A stretch of 62,931 nt of DNA, filler included, from Asterionella formosa (GCA_002256025.1; 27 parts of 27 records of this genome joined end to end with filler, not necessarily neighbours in it); one strand, 5' to 3'; shown: positions 23,658 through 37,399, numbered from the whole stretch's first letter. Numbers and translations: made by a program. Notes: generated by a model not told the origin, from the sequence alone.

Positions 23658-23740
23658 TTATATTTTCATGTACCAGTTGCTAATACGTAATAACTTCACT
23701 CGCAAAGAAGGATAACATTGACGTCTTGCTAGATATACAA

Positions 23741-25600
23741 ATGTCATCATCTGTTACAGGACAGATCTATACCTGGTGTCCAATATGCGGGTACAATGTT
23801 AGGAAAAATCGGGAACCATCGAAACCACATCAAAAAATTTGTTCGAATCATTCTTTTCTACCATTTGGTTGCTGTCGCATTTGCTCTCAGGAATACCAGA
23901 TAGATCCAACAATAGCGACCACGTCGCGATTTTGTTCTGTAATATTTTCTAATCATGATATCAATGGCAGAACTGGATCTGATTACATTCCAACATCATC
24001 TGATAATGTGTCATTACCAAAAGAAAATGATAATTTCCCAGATGGGTGGGATATTGCTGTCGCTATAGAGGAACAAGAAAAGAAATTACACATTGATTCG
24101 ATTTCCGGAAAAAGATACAGCTTGTTGAAAACTAGTATGAATGATGAAGGATCTTTGTTGGATCAAGCGAAACATATTCCTCTCCCGAAACATTTGGGTA
24201 TTTCCAGAATGGAAACGTTAGCTATGGATCCCATCGAGTTGGAACTTATGTTATTTCTCAACGAAAATTTCTTGCCACTTTCATTATTTGATGATATAAT
24301 GAATTGGGCTTTCATGGCCCGTGATGTGGGTAATTTCCAGAAAAGAGATCGTGCACCATCACACCAGACATTAAAAAAACACATGAACACGCACATCATT
24401 TCTTCCATCGCTTAGTGGTGGAAAGTTGTTGGTAAAACAATGGCAGAGTGAACCTAATTCAGGATTTCAACTGCCATCATGCACTCTACATTATTTTGAT
24501 CCTGTTGGTTTGTTACTGGGTTCCATGATACAAGATCCTGACATCATGTAACATCTTGTCTACTCCCCACAAGAAAAACTCACAACTTGTGGGATACACA
24601 TAAACGATGAAGCAACTTCTGCAGAATGGTTTTATTCTGCTTTTAATGATTCTCCAGCTTCAGAGAATGGGAAACTCAAAAAGGCCACCTATTTGTGGGC
24701 ATCATACTTTTTAGTGATGATGGATCCGCAATTGACAAAATGCAAAAACATTCTGATCATCCATTGCCAATCATATTTCCCAATTTGTCTATTGAATGCA
24801 GGAAGAAGGTGGAAGCATGGCAGTTGGTGTCAATGTTATGATTTAGAATTTAGCAACTTGAATAAAACTTCAAATCTATCAGATTTGAGCAAAGAACGTT
24901 TAGCCCAATATCACCGATCCATAGGCTTTTTATTGGAACCATTTCGCGATCCCAACAAGTAGTTTTATGAATTTTTTGTTCATGGATTGGGTAAAATGAG
25001 GGTTTACTTTCAAATTGGTATGATAATTGGTGATGCAGACTAACACAACAAAATATGTGGTTTTAGAGGAGGGAATGGGAAATATAGATTTCATTCCTGT
25101 AGAGATTGTACAGTTACTGCTCCTAACTCGGATAATCCAGAAGCTAAATGCGAACCACGGCTTGTGACATACACTAAAACATATTTGGACTGGGTGCTAG
25201 AATTGTTTACAGGAATGGTTTGGGGGAAATACCTGTTACTGCTGGTGATACTCGTTCAGAACAAGAAAGGTACCTACATTGGCAACAGTCAAGACCAGTT
25301 GGAAAATCAATGTATTGCATTGAATGACAATCTGAATATGTGATAATACACTGAAGAGTGTATAGAAATCCTAGACAAACGAATTCGAAGATATCTGACT
25401 GTGACAAAAACAGTAACTGGAGAACAACGTGAACTGGCTTCTTCTGTTGCATACCATATACCCGAATTCCATGGAATGAGGATTCATTACCCTCATTTGA
25501 TTAAAAATTTGGAACACCAATCAACTTCTTCGATGGATTCTTAGAATCATTCTTGAAAGAAAAACTGAAACGTCCAAGTAAAAGAGTATATTGTCATACT
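23741..25600 (+). pseudogene. Decayed Plavaka/CMC-like DNA transposase
   Basis: Fragments across frames: PLSLFDDIMNWA, YFDPVG, GIILFSDDGSAID, QYHRSIGFLLEPF, GMIIGDAD*HNKICGF...SCRDC. Many stops and frameshifts. Confidence 0.6.
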
Positions 25601-28064
25601 ATTCCATGGAATGAGGATTCATTACCCTCNNNNNNNNNNNNNNNNNNNNNNNNNNNNNNNNNNNNNNNNNNNNTTAATTAATTAANNNNNNNNNNNNNNN
25701 NNNNNNNNNNNNNNNNNNNNNNNNNNNNNCGGCTCTGCGTCGCGATGGTAACTTCGCGGAGGGCCTTCGTACCGCATCATCGGAGGATGAGAAGGCGACT
25801 GGCCGTGAGGAGGCGGATACGGGTGAACCCACATTGTCAGCTGACAAAGGATGGCAAAGTAACAATATTACAGCTGCCAGGAATTGATTGTAGAAACAGA
25901 TTGTTACACAAGATTTACAATCAAAGGAAGAATGGTCAAACTCAAAAGTTTAACACAAGTGACGATTTGGTGTGTCGGGCTGGTGCTGATCTTATACAAA
26001 CGTGTTTACGTTTACTTAATGAAATCCTCCGCACGTCAGATTTACATTTGTCTACAAATTTGTATAAAATCATTCATTTTTAAACTGTGTTGGCTTCCTC
26101 GTTCATTTCAGGTCCAACGTGAATTTCGAGAAAAACCCTTTCTCTCATCATCCGCATGGCGAGCTGCCAAAATTGTCGAGGACGTGGCTGGCGCTTCCCG
26201 CCAGTTCCAGCTATTCATTGGCACACCAACTGATTAATTCCAAATTATGCAACCGCAATATATCTAGAAGGTCAAGCACACCTACCCACATGCAAAAGAA
26301 ACAGAAGAGGGTTGCCGCCCTTTCGGCAGACGCTCGGCGTTTGGATACTACAGATAACGTCATCCTAATATATTTTAAATTTCCAATAATTCCATTTTTT
26401 CGTCGCTTTCGAAAACCGTTGATATTCTCTTTGACGAAAAGACTGGATTCATTTTTAAGAATACAACGTTGTTCCCCCAAAATCCCGGGACCAGAACAAC
26501 CCCTCTACAACCGGTATACTACTTATTACTATACAGAGCTGATTACCGGGAGGAGCATCGCTCGCGTGCTTGCCTGACCAGGGCACTTACCGCACATATA
26601 ACGTGTCCTTGGAGTGAGCAGCAATCAAGTCCCTCCCTTGATTTGGCACTATCTATTTTTCTACACATTATTCTCGGTACCAGCGTAGTATCGCTTATAT
26701 TCATACATAAAATATTACCAAGATTTCATACAACCTGGCTCCCGCATGCACATGCCCGTATATCCTTCCAGCGAAATGGATCTTGTGGAGTTGAATTTTG
26801 GCGCCCTATATGTATAGTATTGGCAATCAATGAAGAACAACCACCTGGTTAACGTATAATATAAAACCTAAATGTATACTGGTATGCACGCATAAACTGA
26901 CGGTACACATTCTACCCTAATACTCCATACGGTATACCCTAGTAACACAACTGCAATAATGTCAGCTGGCTAATACCAGTTAGTTGTGGTCATTTTCCCG
27001 AAAACACAATTGCAAGACAAGCGCTTAAGTTCTTCAAACTAAATAGAGAATGTCATCAACTTGTAAAATTGACTGTATCATGACTACTAAGAGACACAGG
27101 TTTTAAGCAAATTAATTCGTCCAAATGTAGAAACATCAAAACAAGGGCAAAAAATGGCTAACAAAAAGCAAATGAACATGACTGGTGCAGTAGGGCAGCC
27201 TATTGTCCTGAAGCAATCGTAAGGAAAAGTAAGCAAGTCTTGCTTATTTTGCTTTATTCTTACAAGCGAATTCAGAATTGTTCTCCTTTTCCTGCCAAAG
27301 TGGTGAAACAAACTATTAGTACCTGAATTTATTCCTGTCTTAATGCTACTCTATTGTTGGAAGAGGAACCCTCATGGCTCTTCCTGGAAAACTAAGCCTG
27401 TGTTTAGGATAAAACAAAAACTCATCCAGTGCCATCCCAACATATGTGGTTTCTCTAGGCGCTACTCACGCAGCAGCAGGGGCAGTGGTAGATGCTCTCT
27501 CTCAAATGATGTGGGAAAGAAAAAGATGGTGCTCTGTTGCTCTGGGTACTGTAGTCAATCCCTCACCTCGTTTTATGAATTTCCTTGCCAGAACATTTTG
27601 GCTGTTGGTGCCTCCCATGGTGCATGGGGATTAGTGCTGTATAATTTGTTAATATATTGTCGGCCACTTTTCGCTAGTAAAGCCGATTCCATGAAAGAAA
27701 ATCGGCCTTTTCTAGGAACCTCTTTTTGGTACTCAGTTTGGCCTTTGACATATCAGAAATTGGATGCTGGAAGAGATGAGAGCATCTTGTAGGCAGCCTG
27801 TATGTTGATCTAGGTAGTACCCTGGTTCTGATGCAGATATCTTGTGCTAAATGAGCTATGTTGACATTCTTTGCGTGGTGGAGATGATGAAAAAACCAAT
27901 AATGAATGATTCTGATGACTTTAGGATTTGAATATGCACATGCCAGCTCGGTCGCATGTTACAANNNNNNNNNNNNNNNNNNNNNNNNNNNNNNNNNNNN
28001 NNNNNNNNTTAATTAATTAANNNNNNNNNNNNNNNNNNNNNNNNNNNNNNNNNNNNNNNNNNNN

Positions 28065-28443
28065 TGTTGAAAGGTCTCGTACTCCTTCCCGTCTGACGGG
28101 TTCCTCTTACGTAGAACTTACCTGCTATACCACTAGTATTGTTATCTTCTTTCTGCTGCTAGCCTTCGTGCTAGTTTTCGTTATTGACCTTACTCTGTCA
28201 ATTCTCACTGTTTCTTAATTATAAGATTAAACTAAAACTAAGTTTCAATCCCATTCATCACACTTCGAGAACCTGTTCTTCGTGTTCCCTTTTCGTTGAT
28301 GTAAACCTTCTTCTGATTGATCTAAGACATCAATCTCGTTAGCAAGCTTCTTGACATGGGAACGCACCATTTGACTCATTGGACTATAGTCGAGTCCACA
28401 GTCCTTGTGACTCATTATAGCCATTGATGCTATATTCTTGACA
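28065..28443 (-). mobile_element. Complete 3' LTR (379 bp) of the Copia element
   Basis: On the minus strand, the purine tract gaggagga directly precedes TGTCAAG at 28443, and the LTR ends TTCAACA at the contig edge (28065). The pol ORF reads into the LTR. Confidence 0.8.
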
Positions 28444-30298
28444 TCCTCCTCGTTACCATGTTCAAGAAGTTCTAAAATTGTACCACTCAGCACGGGTCCA
28501 GATAACCTTGTAAAAATCTGCTCTTTGACATTCTTCGTCAAAATGTCTGCTGGATTGTTTTCTGATCTTAGAAAAACAATATGCAACTCACCCTCATCTA
28601 TCATGTTCTTGACATGATGAAACTTAATATCAATGTGTTTTGTTCTTGTTCCAAGTTGTTGATTCTTCGCTGTGAATATTGCACCTGTATTATCCTCATG
28701 TAAAATGCTTGGTAGGATATTTTTGCCACCTGTCACTTCGTTGAGTAACATTGCAATAAATTTAATCTCTTGAGCACATTGCGACATTGCAACGTATTCT
28801 GCTTCTGTGCTTGATAGCGTAACGGATGACTGGCCCTTTGATTGCCAACTGATCAACGCACCACCAATGGTAACCAGAAAACCCGTAGTACTTTTCCGGC
28901 TTACCTTATTAGCAGCCCAGTCACTATCAACATAAGCAATAACCCGCAATTCCTTAGGTTTTCGAATCTTGAGAACTCTGTCCAATTTGCTTGATAAGAA
29001 TCCAACAACTCGTGAAATTCCATCCCAGTGTTCTTCGCCTGGACAGCTTAAATACGAAGATAATTCACGTACTGCATTGGCACAGTCCGGGGAATCTTTC
29101 TTAGTAGACCATAATAGTTTCCCAACAATCTTGCGATATTCCGCCTCCATAATAGTTTCTCCATTATTGGCTCCTAATGTTTTTCCTGGTGCTCCTGGTG
29201 TCGCATAAGACTTTATCTTCTTACCAGTAAGCATTTCATATTCCAGTAGCATTTCAGTACGAAATTTCTTCAGTTGTACTTCCCAGTATTCTCCAAATTT
29301 GTCATGCTTGCGCATATATTCCACACCTAAGCGTTTTCGTAGAGGACCTTGTTCCGTGATATTAAAATCCTCCTTGATCATATTTTTCATATAGTCGACT
29401 GCATTCCTGGTACCACAAATAATTCCATCATCCACGTAGTTTGCCAACAGCCCTTCAATTTGTCCATCGTTGTTACGGTAGATAAACAACATTGGGTCTA
29501 TTTCACTTTTCGTTATACCTTTCTTGCTGGTGACGCACTTCGCGAATGTCTTAGACCAGCATCTTGGAGCTTGTACAATTCCATACATAGCCTTAATTAA
29601 TTTGCAGATATGTATATTCTGATCGATCCCTGTCAATCCTTCTGGGGGCTCAATATAAATGTCTTCGTCGACGTCAGCATTTAAAAACGCTGCTTCAACA
29701 TCGATTGCTTCCGCTATCCAACCATAGTACAAAGTAACAGCCAGAACAGTTTTTATTGTAGCATCACTTGCAACAGGAGCAAATGTTTCAGTAAAATCAA
29801 CTCCCGGGATCTGTTCATATCCCTTTACAACCAACCGTGCCTTGTATACTGTCTTTCCGGTTATCACGTCCTCCTTAATACGGAAGACCCATCTTGTCTT
29901 AAGAGCTCTCTTGTTCACGTCATTTCTCTTAACTATTTTCCATACTCCTCTTGCTTTGAAGTTTTCAAATTCTTTCTTTATAGCTTTCATCCACTCTTTG
30001 CGATCAGGTCTTACCATTGCCTCATCATAACTATTTGGTAAACCTGGGTCCGATGCAAGACTTGCATTGAATACGAAATTTACTTCAGTTTCCTTATTCA
30101 AAGATGCTTCCTCCTCAATCACATTTGGTAGTGAAGTGTCTGGAGGGAATTTAACATTTTTAGTTGGATTATACGATGAGTCCAACTTCTTCATTTCTCG
30201 TTCCAACTTTGCCTGTTGCTTCAAAACATTTCTCTTTTCTAGGTCAGAAATTTCATCACTCCTTGAGGTAGATTTTCCTTTTTCAGTGTCTGCGGTTG
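28245..30298 (-). CDS. Ty1/Copia pol 3' part: reverse transcriptase and RNase H, uninterrupted
   Basis: YKARLVVKGYEQIPGVDF, DVEAAFLNA, KAMYGIVQAPR, YVDD, YVDSDWA, SSTEAEY, EDNTGAI, RTKHIDIKFH, NPADILTK. Confidence 0.95.
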
Positions 30299-30939
30299 NN
30301 NNNNNNNNNNNNNNNNNNNNNNNNNNNNNNNNNNNNNNNNNNTTAATTAATTAANNNNNNNNNNNNNNNNNNNNNNNNNNNNNNNNNNNNNNNNNNNNAC
30401 GAGACGAGACGAGCAATTCAATTGACGAAAACTTACATTATTTGTTTGGCATAAAACACTGTTCGTCGTATTCTATGAGCAAAACCGTGGCAAAGCAAAA
30501 ATTGAATAGAGTCAAGGCAAGCAAGAGGCAACCACATCAAATCGAAACGACCACGATTCAAGTTGATATATATGGACAATGTACAATAAATAGCTCGAAA
30601 TACTTCAGTCTAATAGGCTCACCTATTTTATTTCTGCTATATCTATACTGTACTAACCGCTATGGCATTGAACTTTAGGTCTCTTCTCCAGATTGGCTAT
30701 GACTGATGATATTTTTGGACTGCTTGTCGATATGTATACGTCATAAGGCTGGTTGCATCAAAATAATAATTATAGTAGCCCACGTAGCGCTGGTACAAAA
30801 TGTTATCCTTATCCCTACCGTAGGAAGGAATATCCCGCCGATTTGTTTGCTTCGATCGGCTCACCATGTTGCTCAATATCGCCGCCGTTTCCTGTGCAAA
30901 AGTGATTCCCCGAAGGCTTTTATATTCTTTTGTATAGTC

Positions 30940-32632
30940 ATGAGTGAAATGCTTTTGGGGAATCACTTTTCACATGATATTCAAAAAGTTATAGCAATAT
31001 CCGTTATGGCCGCCATCAGTGACCCTGCCATTCATGGTGTTTGGTTGCCGGTCGATCAATTCAGGGAACATCTTCACGAAAAGTACTCTTTTGGCGATAA
31101 CATACAATTTAATACTAATAGATTGATAAGGTATCTCAATAAGGTTTTTCCAAATCAATCTTTGGAGTCAAACGAGGTCACAATTTCCACAGGCAAGAAG
31201 GTGATGGTATTTCGACATGAGTATCAAACGAAAGTCAAAAGTAGGCAAAGATTTATTTACATTACAGGAAAGACAGTATCAGCGCTTCCTAAGCTTCCTA
31301 CATATGATAATTCATCTGAATGGGAAGAGAAATGTGTTCCATTGAAGAGGCTACTACTAAGAAATGGAAACTGGGGTAATGATGGTCAAAATTTTCGTGA
31401 TGGTCACCATGTAAATTCATCTAGTAGTGGTAGTAGTAATTCACCTCAACTATTAGAGAAAGAAGTTACTCTACATACTGCCTTTGATTCAAATTGTAAA
31501 ATTACTATGACTGGTCTAGGAGATGAATTGAATTCAAGGAAAAGGACAAGTGAACAACAAGAAGGAGAAGAAGAAGGCAAAGAAGCAACTAGTAGACTAT
31601 TATTGCTAGGGGGGGGGAGTGATGAACCATCAGAACACCATTTGTTAGAGAATTCGAATATGGGGCAAAATCAGAAGGCTACTGGTCCTATCAACACATG
31701 GTATTGCAGCTCGAAGATTGCATTGATGTTCTCAAAGTACTCTACCCTCAATTCGATTTCTTGTTTCTTTTTGATCACTCCTGTGGGCACGACCGTCAGA
31801 AAGAAGATGGCTTAAATGTGGAATGAATGACTAAGTCCTGTGGAGGTGCCCAGAAACGGTTGAGGAAAATGGCAAACACATGGTTACCTGGGACCTCACT
31901 TACCTTAGCTGAAAAAAACGCAATCAATGCAATCAATGTTATTCAGAATAGATGACACCGGACCATTCTGGATGACTGAAGCTGAACGAGATCAAAAGCG
32001 CCATGACTTGGTACTGGAAGGGCAAACAATCACAAGACAATACACAAAGGATGAGCTCCTTAAACAACTAAGGCAAAGAGGAATGTTAGCAAAGGGTAAG
32101 AAGCAAGCAATACAGTCTAAGGCGCAAGAACACAACTTACCAAGAATTGAAGAGACTAAAGCAAAAGTTGTCGAAGGATGGGAAAATAAACCAAACGGTC
32201 TGTTGCGGATACTTTGGGAGCGTGGATTTATTGACGAATTGAGATTGGAGAACTACATGTTGAATGGAAAGCACGATGCATTTGGATTTGTGCAGAAAGA
32301 TTTTTCTTTGAAGTCGCTGAAGGGAAACTGTCTTGATTTCGAGGAAGAGGAGACACTATTGCAGTCAATGGGAAAGGAAATGGGAGTACTTGTTGACCGA
32401 ACGCCGAAATGTCACTGTGAACTTGCAGGAGAGGGAATCGAGTATTCTTGGAGTTGCGCCAAGAAAATTTTTACCGTCGGGTTTCTCTGAAGAGGAAAAG
32501 GGTAAAGAGAATTCAGGTCTGTGGTGTGAGAGAGCATGTCAACAGAAAAAGTGTTAACAACAAAAAGGATAAGACATTTTTCAAGGCGAGCAAGACAATA
32601 TATATGTGCATACTTCAAGATTTGGAAAGATC
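30940..32632 (+). mobile_element. Disrupted IS630/Tc1-mariner-superfamily transposase (N-terminal ORF 30940-31815, catalytic C-terminal part about 31880-32632)
   Basis: GYLGP, GPFWM, GWENKPNGLLRILWERG, DFEEEETLLQ, TPKCHCELAGEGIEYSW (third acidic residue motif). Stops and a frameshift; the middle appears deleted. Confidence 0.75.
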
Positions 32633-32744
32633 NNNNNNNNNNNNNNNNNNNNNNNNNNNNNNNNNNNNNNNNNNNNTTAATTAATTAANNNNNNNNNNNN
32701 NNNNNNNNNNNNNNNNNNNNNNNNNNNNNNNNAAACTTTTGACA

Positions 32745-34478
32745 ATGGCTTTCAATTCTGGCGCAAGCGGCAGCACATCAGCACCAGCGGCTGGAGGTTT
32801 TTCCTTCAGTTCATCAAGCGGAAGTGCGCCAGCTGCAATTTTCTCGTTTGGAACAACTACTGAAAACTCGACAGCGTCCGGTCCTACTGCTGGCTCTGGC
32901 AGTGGATTCAGTTTTGGAGCAGCTCCATCAGGAAGCAATTCGGGTGGCTTCGGAGCAGTCACAACCACCAAAAGTGGAGGAGGGGGAGGAAAGCGTGGAG
33001 CTGATGGAGAAAAGCCAACGTCATTTGGTGCGACTTCCACAGCCACTGGAGGCTTTGGCGGTTTTTCTGGGGCTGCACCGAGTGCTGGTGGATTTGGTTT
33101 CAGTGGGTCCACTCCTGCTCCAACAGCAACAGCTACAGCTGCGGGATTCAGTTTTGGATCAGCTTCTTCCGCCCTCGCAGATTCTTCTCCTGGAGCAGGA
33201 GACTCAGCCGCTCCTGTACAAGCTTCGGGTGGATTCAGTTTTGGAGCGGCTGCCCCGGCGGACACTGCGCCTGCACCAGCTGCAGGTGGATTTAGTTTTG
33301 GAGCGGCTGCTCCTACCGATGCTGCACCTGCACCAGCTGCGGGCGGATTTAGTTTTGGAGCGGCTGCCCCGGCGGACACTGCGCCTGCACCAGCTGCAGG
33401 TGGATTTAGTTTTGGAGCGGCTGCTCCTACCGATGCTGCACCTGCACCAGCTACGGGCGGATTTAGTTTTGGAGCGGCTGCCCCGGCGGACACTGCGCCT
33501 GCACCAGCTGCGGGCGGATTTAGTTTTGGAGCGGCTGCTCCAGCAGATGCTGCACATGCACCAGCTGCGGGTGGATTTAGCTTTGGAGCGGTTGTTTCCA
33601 AGCCGTCGGAGGCTGTGCTTGCACCAGATGCTCCTGCAGCTGGTGGATTTAGTTTTGGAGCCGTGGACGCTGCTCCTGCTCCAGGTGGCTTTAGTTTTGG
33701 AGCTGCTCCTCTTGCGGATGCAGCTGCCAAGACGCTGGCGTCGAAGGCCCCAGAAAATAATGCAGCTGCATTATCCTTTGTTGACACTCCTGATTTCAAA
33801 GTAGCCGACCCGAAGCCTGCAACGACAGCTGCACCTTCCCTGGTTGGGGTTAGCACAACCGCAGCACCTGCGCAAGCAACACCCGCCAGAGCGAAGGATC
33901 CAGCTCGATTGGAGTACCAAACTTTGACTGTGGAACAAATTCTCAACAAGTTCCAGAAGGAGCTTGAGTCTGATGCTGTAGACTACATGAAGCAAGCACA
34001 TCGTGTTATGCAGTATGATGCCATTTTGAGAGATTCGCAGAGATCTCTCTCGCACATGACACAACAGACTTCCAAACTACTCGTTCAACAAACGGAACTT
34101 GAACAATTGCTTCAGGGAATCGGAGCCTTTCAGACAGAACTTGATTCCAACCTTACCAAAATGGAAACCCAGGTGGATGATTTGTTTCGGGCGCAATCTC
34201 ACGTGACACCAGTGGAAGCCGATCGCAAACGTGAACAAGCGTATAATACGGCTGTAGAAGTCGATGGTCGGCTCTCAATTTTAACCACCAACCTTCAATC
34301 ATCCCTGCATGCATTGGAGGGGGCTCAAGAAAATATCATGACTGCGGAAGTGGGTGATGTTGTACGGATCATGAATATGCATCAATCACAGTTAGAGCAG
34401 TTGGAACGAGCCACGCGAACCATGGATCATGATATAAAACAGTTGGAGCAAATGATGGCAGCAACTACAAGTACTTAG
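32745..34478 (+). CDS. NUP62: FG-repeat nucleoporin Nup62/Nsp1
   Basis: Many GGFSFG repeats, including near-perfect 60-bp tandem units at about 33228-33590. These are followed by an Nsp1_C-type coiled coil (LTVEQILNKFQKELE...QAHRVMQYDAIL...REQAYNTA). Confidence 0.92.
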   Translation: MAFNSGASGSTSAPAAGGFSFSSSSGSAPAAIFSFGTTTENSTASGPTAGSGSGFSFGAAPSGSNSGGFGAVTTTKSGGGGGKRGADGEKPTSFGATSTATGGFGGFSGAAPSAGGFGFSGSTPAPTATATAAGFSFGSASSALADSSPGAGDSAAPVQASGGFSFGAAAPADTAPAPAAGGFSFGAAAPTDAAPAPAAGGFSFGAAAPADTAPAPAAGGFSFGAAAPTDAAPAPATGGFSFGAAAPADTAPAPAAGGFSFGAAAPADAAHAPAAGGFSFGAVVSKPSEAVLAPDAPAAGGFSFGAVDAAPAPGGFSFGAAPLADAAAKTLASKAPENNAAALSFVDTPDFKVADPKPATTAAPSLVGVSTTAAPAQATPARAKDPARLEYQTLTVEQILNKFQKELESDAVDYMKQAHRVMQYDAILRDSQRSLSHMTQQTSKLLVQQTELEQLLQGIGAFQTELDSNLTKMETQVDDLFRAQSHVTPVEADRKREQAYNTAVEVDGRLSILTTNLQSSLHALEGAQENIMTAEVGDVVRIMNMHQSQLEQLERATRTMDHDIKQLEQMMAATTST

Positions 34479-35066
34479 TTTTTTGTGTTATAAATTATGA
34501 CAACAGAGGATGACGGAGATAGTCACAATGACTTGCAAGATGCATGGGACAGATGGGGAAAACAGAGTAGTAGTTTACTTTTGCTAAGAGAGGCACATAA
34601 TAGGCAGACCTTTGATCTTGCTCACACTTGATGCATTTTGAACTTGCAAACACTGTAGTATCGAACTCATCTGAGAATGTTGAATTTTTCAGATTGAGTC
34701 CAATGATTTCAGTAACTCCAACAAATAGAGCACATCTTTTGTTCTGAATGGAAATTGGATACTGGGGCGATACAATCATTAAATTCTGCACAACCAAAAT
34801 TTCACTCATACACTATGCATGGAGGGGGAAATAGCAAAATTCTTTAACCATGTGAACAAAACCAATTTTTACAATGATGACAAATCATGATAATGGACTT
34901 ATGAGGTTGTGGCCAGGGATTGTCACATCTCAATCTTGATACTCCTTACCACAATTCCTTGTAATTNNNNNNNNNNNNNNNNNNNNNNNNNNNNNNNNNN
35001 NNNNNNNNNNTTAATTAATTAANNNNNNNNNNNNNNNNNNNNNNNNNNNNNNNNNNNNNNNNNNNN

Positions 35067-35283
35067 CCTTTGCATCGTCCTTGTTAACATCGGGGTGTAA
35101 CTCTCGGGCTTTGCGCTTGTACGCTTCCTTGATTTCAGTCGTCGTCGCCCCCCAAGTCAAGCCTAGTTGAGCGTATGGATCGTCGCGTTTCATCGTTTCT
35201 GTATTGGTGAAGTAGCTGCGAGAATGGTGCGAAAGGCGAAAAACGGGAATCCGCCCTTTGCGAAATGAAGATAGCATCATCAT
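35067..35283 (-). CDS. DnaJ J-domain protein, allelic copy of 18720-18936
   Basis: Same translation except one N/H difference. The whole contig 35067-37299 is collinear with 18720-20956. Confidence 0.9.
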
Positions 35284-35918
35284 CTCTTGGATCGCAGTTA
35301 TTCTTATCTGGCGATGAAATGATGATTAAGTCTAGGGCTGCTGAAGAAAGGGAAGAGGTACCTGGTACCTGGAATACCTGGTAAAGGGCAGTCAAAGGGA
35401 GGCAAACGATACTAGCAAAATACTGCAACAAAAGAAGTGAACAAACCTTGTCGTCGTGGCAGTTCCTGTGCTGGCAGATCGGATGCGACAAAAGGAAGGG
35501 CATGCTGAACGAAAGTACTGACGTCAAGATAACGCAACGCTGTTCCAGGATTACTACCTTGGTATCTATTACTAGAGGATTGCGGAATATACGAAGATCC
35601 CGGAACAAATGGAAAGTTCGGAGTAACAACAAGCACATAGCCCTGGTACCACGTCACTAGGAAGCGTACGTATGCTCTGCACATGTACGGAATCAGTATC
35701 TTACTACGTGTGAAGAGAGATGAATTAACCATTGGAGATCCTTTCATTTCTCTTGGTTTTATACTTTTACCAATTGTATCATAATTTTAGATTATTTTTC
35801 ACATTTTACCCTTTATTATATCTACAACACTGATCATTGGTACCAGGTACAGCCACCAGAAAAAACGCTGGTGAAATATGATCACCCAAAATTATTATTT
35901 GGCAACATACATAATTAG

Positions 35919-36986
35919 GATTCCTGTATTTCAACCCAAAGACAAAAATTAAAATATTACTTAGGGTTGCCAAATTTCCCTGGAACTAAGAACGTATATG
36001 AGCTATTTTTAAATGACATGATCCCATTTGAAATATTCAAATCAGTGGAAATTTGTGCGCATGTGCATAGATTCCTTTTTGAATTCACTATATATATAGA
36101 TATAGATTGTACATAACTCTATATATACTGGTATACACTCTATACACTGATTGATAGTTTATGTACTATCATACAACCTGGCGGCTCTGCAAGTATTTGA
36201 AAAGCACTCTAGGAGTGGTACACTTGTGGCATATGATAATCATCTACCAATAGTACCCATAGTGGATATGGTACTGGTGTACTGGCAATCACCCAAGACA
36301 TTTTTAAATGTGTATCCACTGTAGCAAGTGTGGGTTTGCACAACCTCACAACAAACCGGGCCAATCAAATATGGGTAAGTAATTGAAGTTGACCAATCAA
36401 AAAATTTATAATGAAGCAGGCACTTACAATTGAATTTTTTGTACAGGAGATTTTAGAAATGAATATTTTAGCACAAGACTACCATTCTGATGATGACGTT
36501 TTCGGTGACTAGTGATTCTGATTCCAACATTTTGGAGTCTGTTGAAAAGGCTGATTTTGTCGATTTTTCGGAGGATGATATCTCAACAATGGCTGGGTTT
36601 GAAGAAGAGTCAAGTACAAAGGTAATCTTCAAATAGCCCCAGAAGATAACTTTCGACAGGTAAGTGCAGGAAGTAACTTTGTTTTTTACTAGGCCAAATA
36701 AACAAGTTGGCCCAGTAAAATCCAGTATTTTCAGCATAGTTTAAAAACCGAAGTTCCTTTCTGCAGTTTCTGGCCAGATCCTATATACTGGCATTGCATA
36801 GAGTTGACCTATACCCCTACTTTGATCAATGACTGTATCTTAGCATATGGAAAGGGTGTATATTGGTGAAAGCTCCGTTTGGCAGTATACATTTATGTTT
36901 TACTCATAAGAAGTGTGTGTTTGAGTATTCTGACTCAATATTATTTTTTAACCCTACCTCTAATCTAGGGTTGCAATGTGGGAACC
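35919..36986 (+). mobile_element. Allelic copy of the non-autonomous TTAA TIR element
   Basis: Ends gattcctgtatttcaaccc ... gggttgcaatgtgggaacc followed by TTAA. Confidence 0.75.
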
Positions 36987-37399
36987 TTAAAGGGTATGAC
37001 ATCACATAAAAAGTATGATGCATCACATAATATATACATGATAGGAGTGAACTAAATTAGTTTTGACAGCTTCCATTTTTATTTTAGAAACCCACATAAT
37101 TTTTGAGGCAAACTAACCATATTTTTTGTATCCAATCAAATAATTTCTTGATCAACGACAGCAATTATTATCCACAGCAATAATCATCTATAATTTTTAT
37201 GAATGAACAAGGTACACTTAAAATTCTATTGAAATAATGATATTGTTGTAATAGCTACCAGAATTATATTTACGTTGTATAACTAGCTACTACTACTATN
37301 NNNNNNNNNNNNNNNNNNNNNNNNNNNNNNNNNNNNNNNNNNNTTAATTAATTAANNNNNNNNNNNNNNNNNNNNNNNNNNNNNNNNNNNNNNNNNNNN

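Noticed and set aside
32681..33949. 422-aa antisense ORF and 326-aa alternative-frame ORF over Nup62
   Set aside because: Shadows of a GC-rich repetitive coding sequence.
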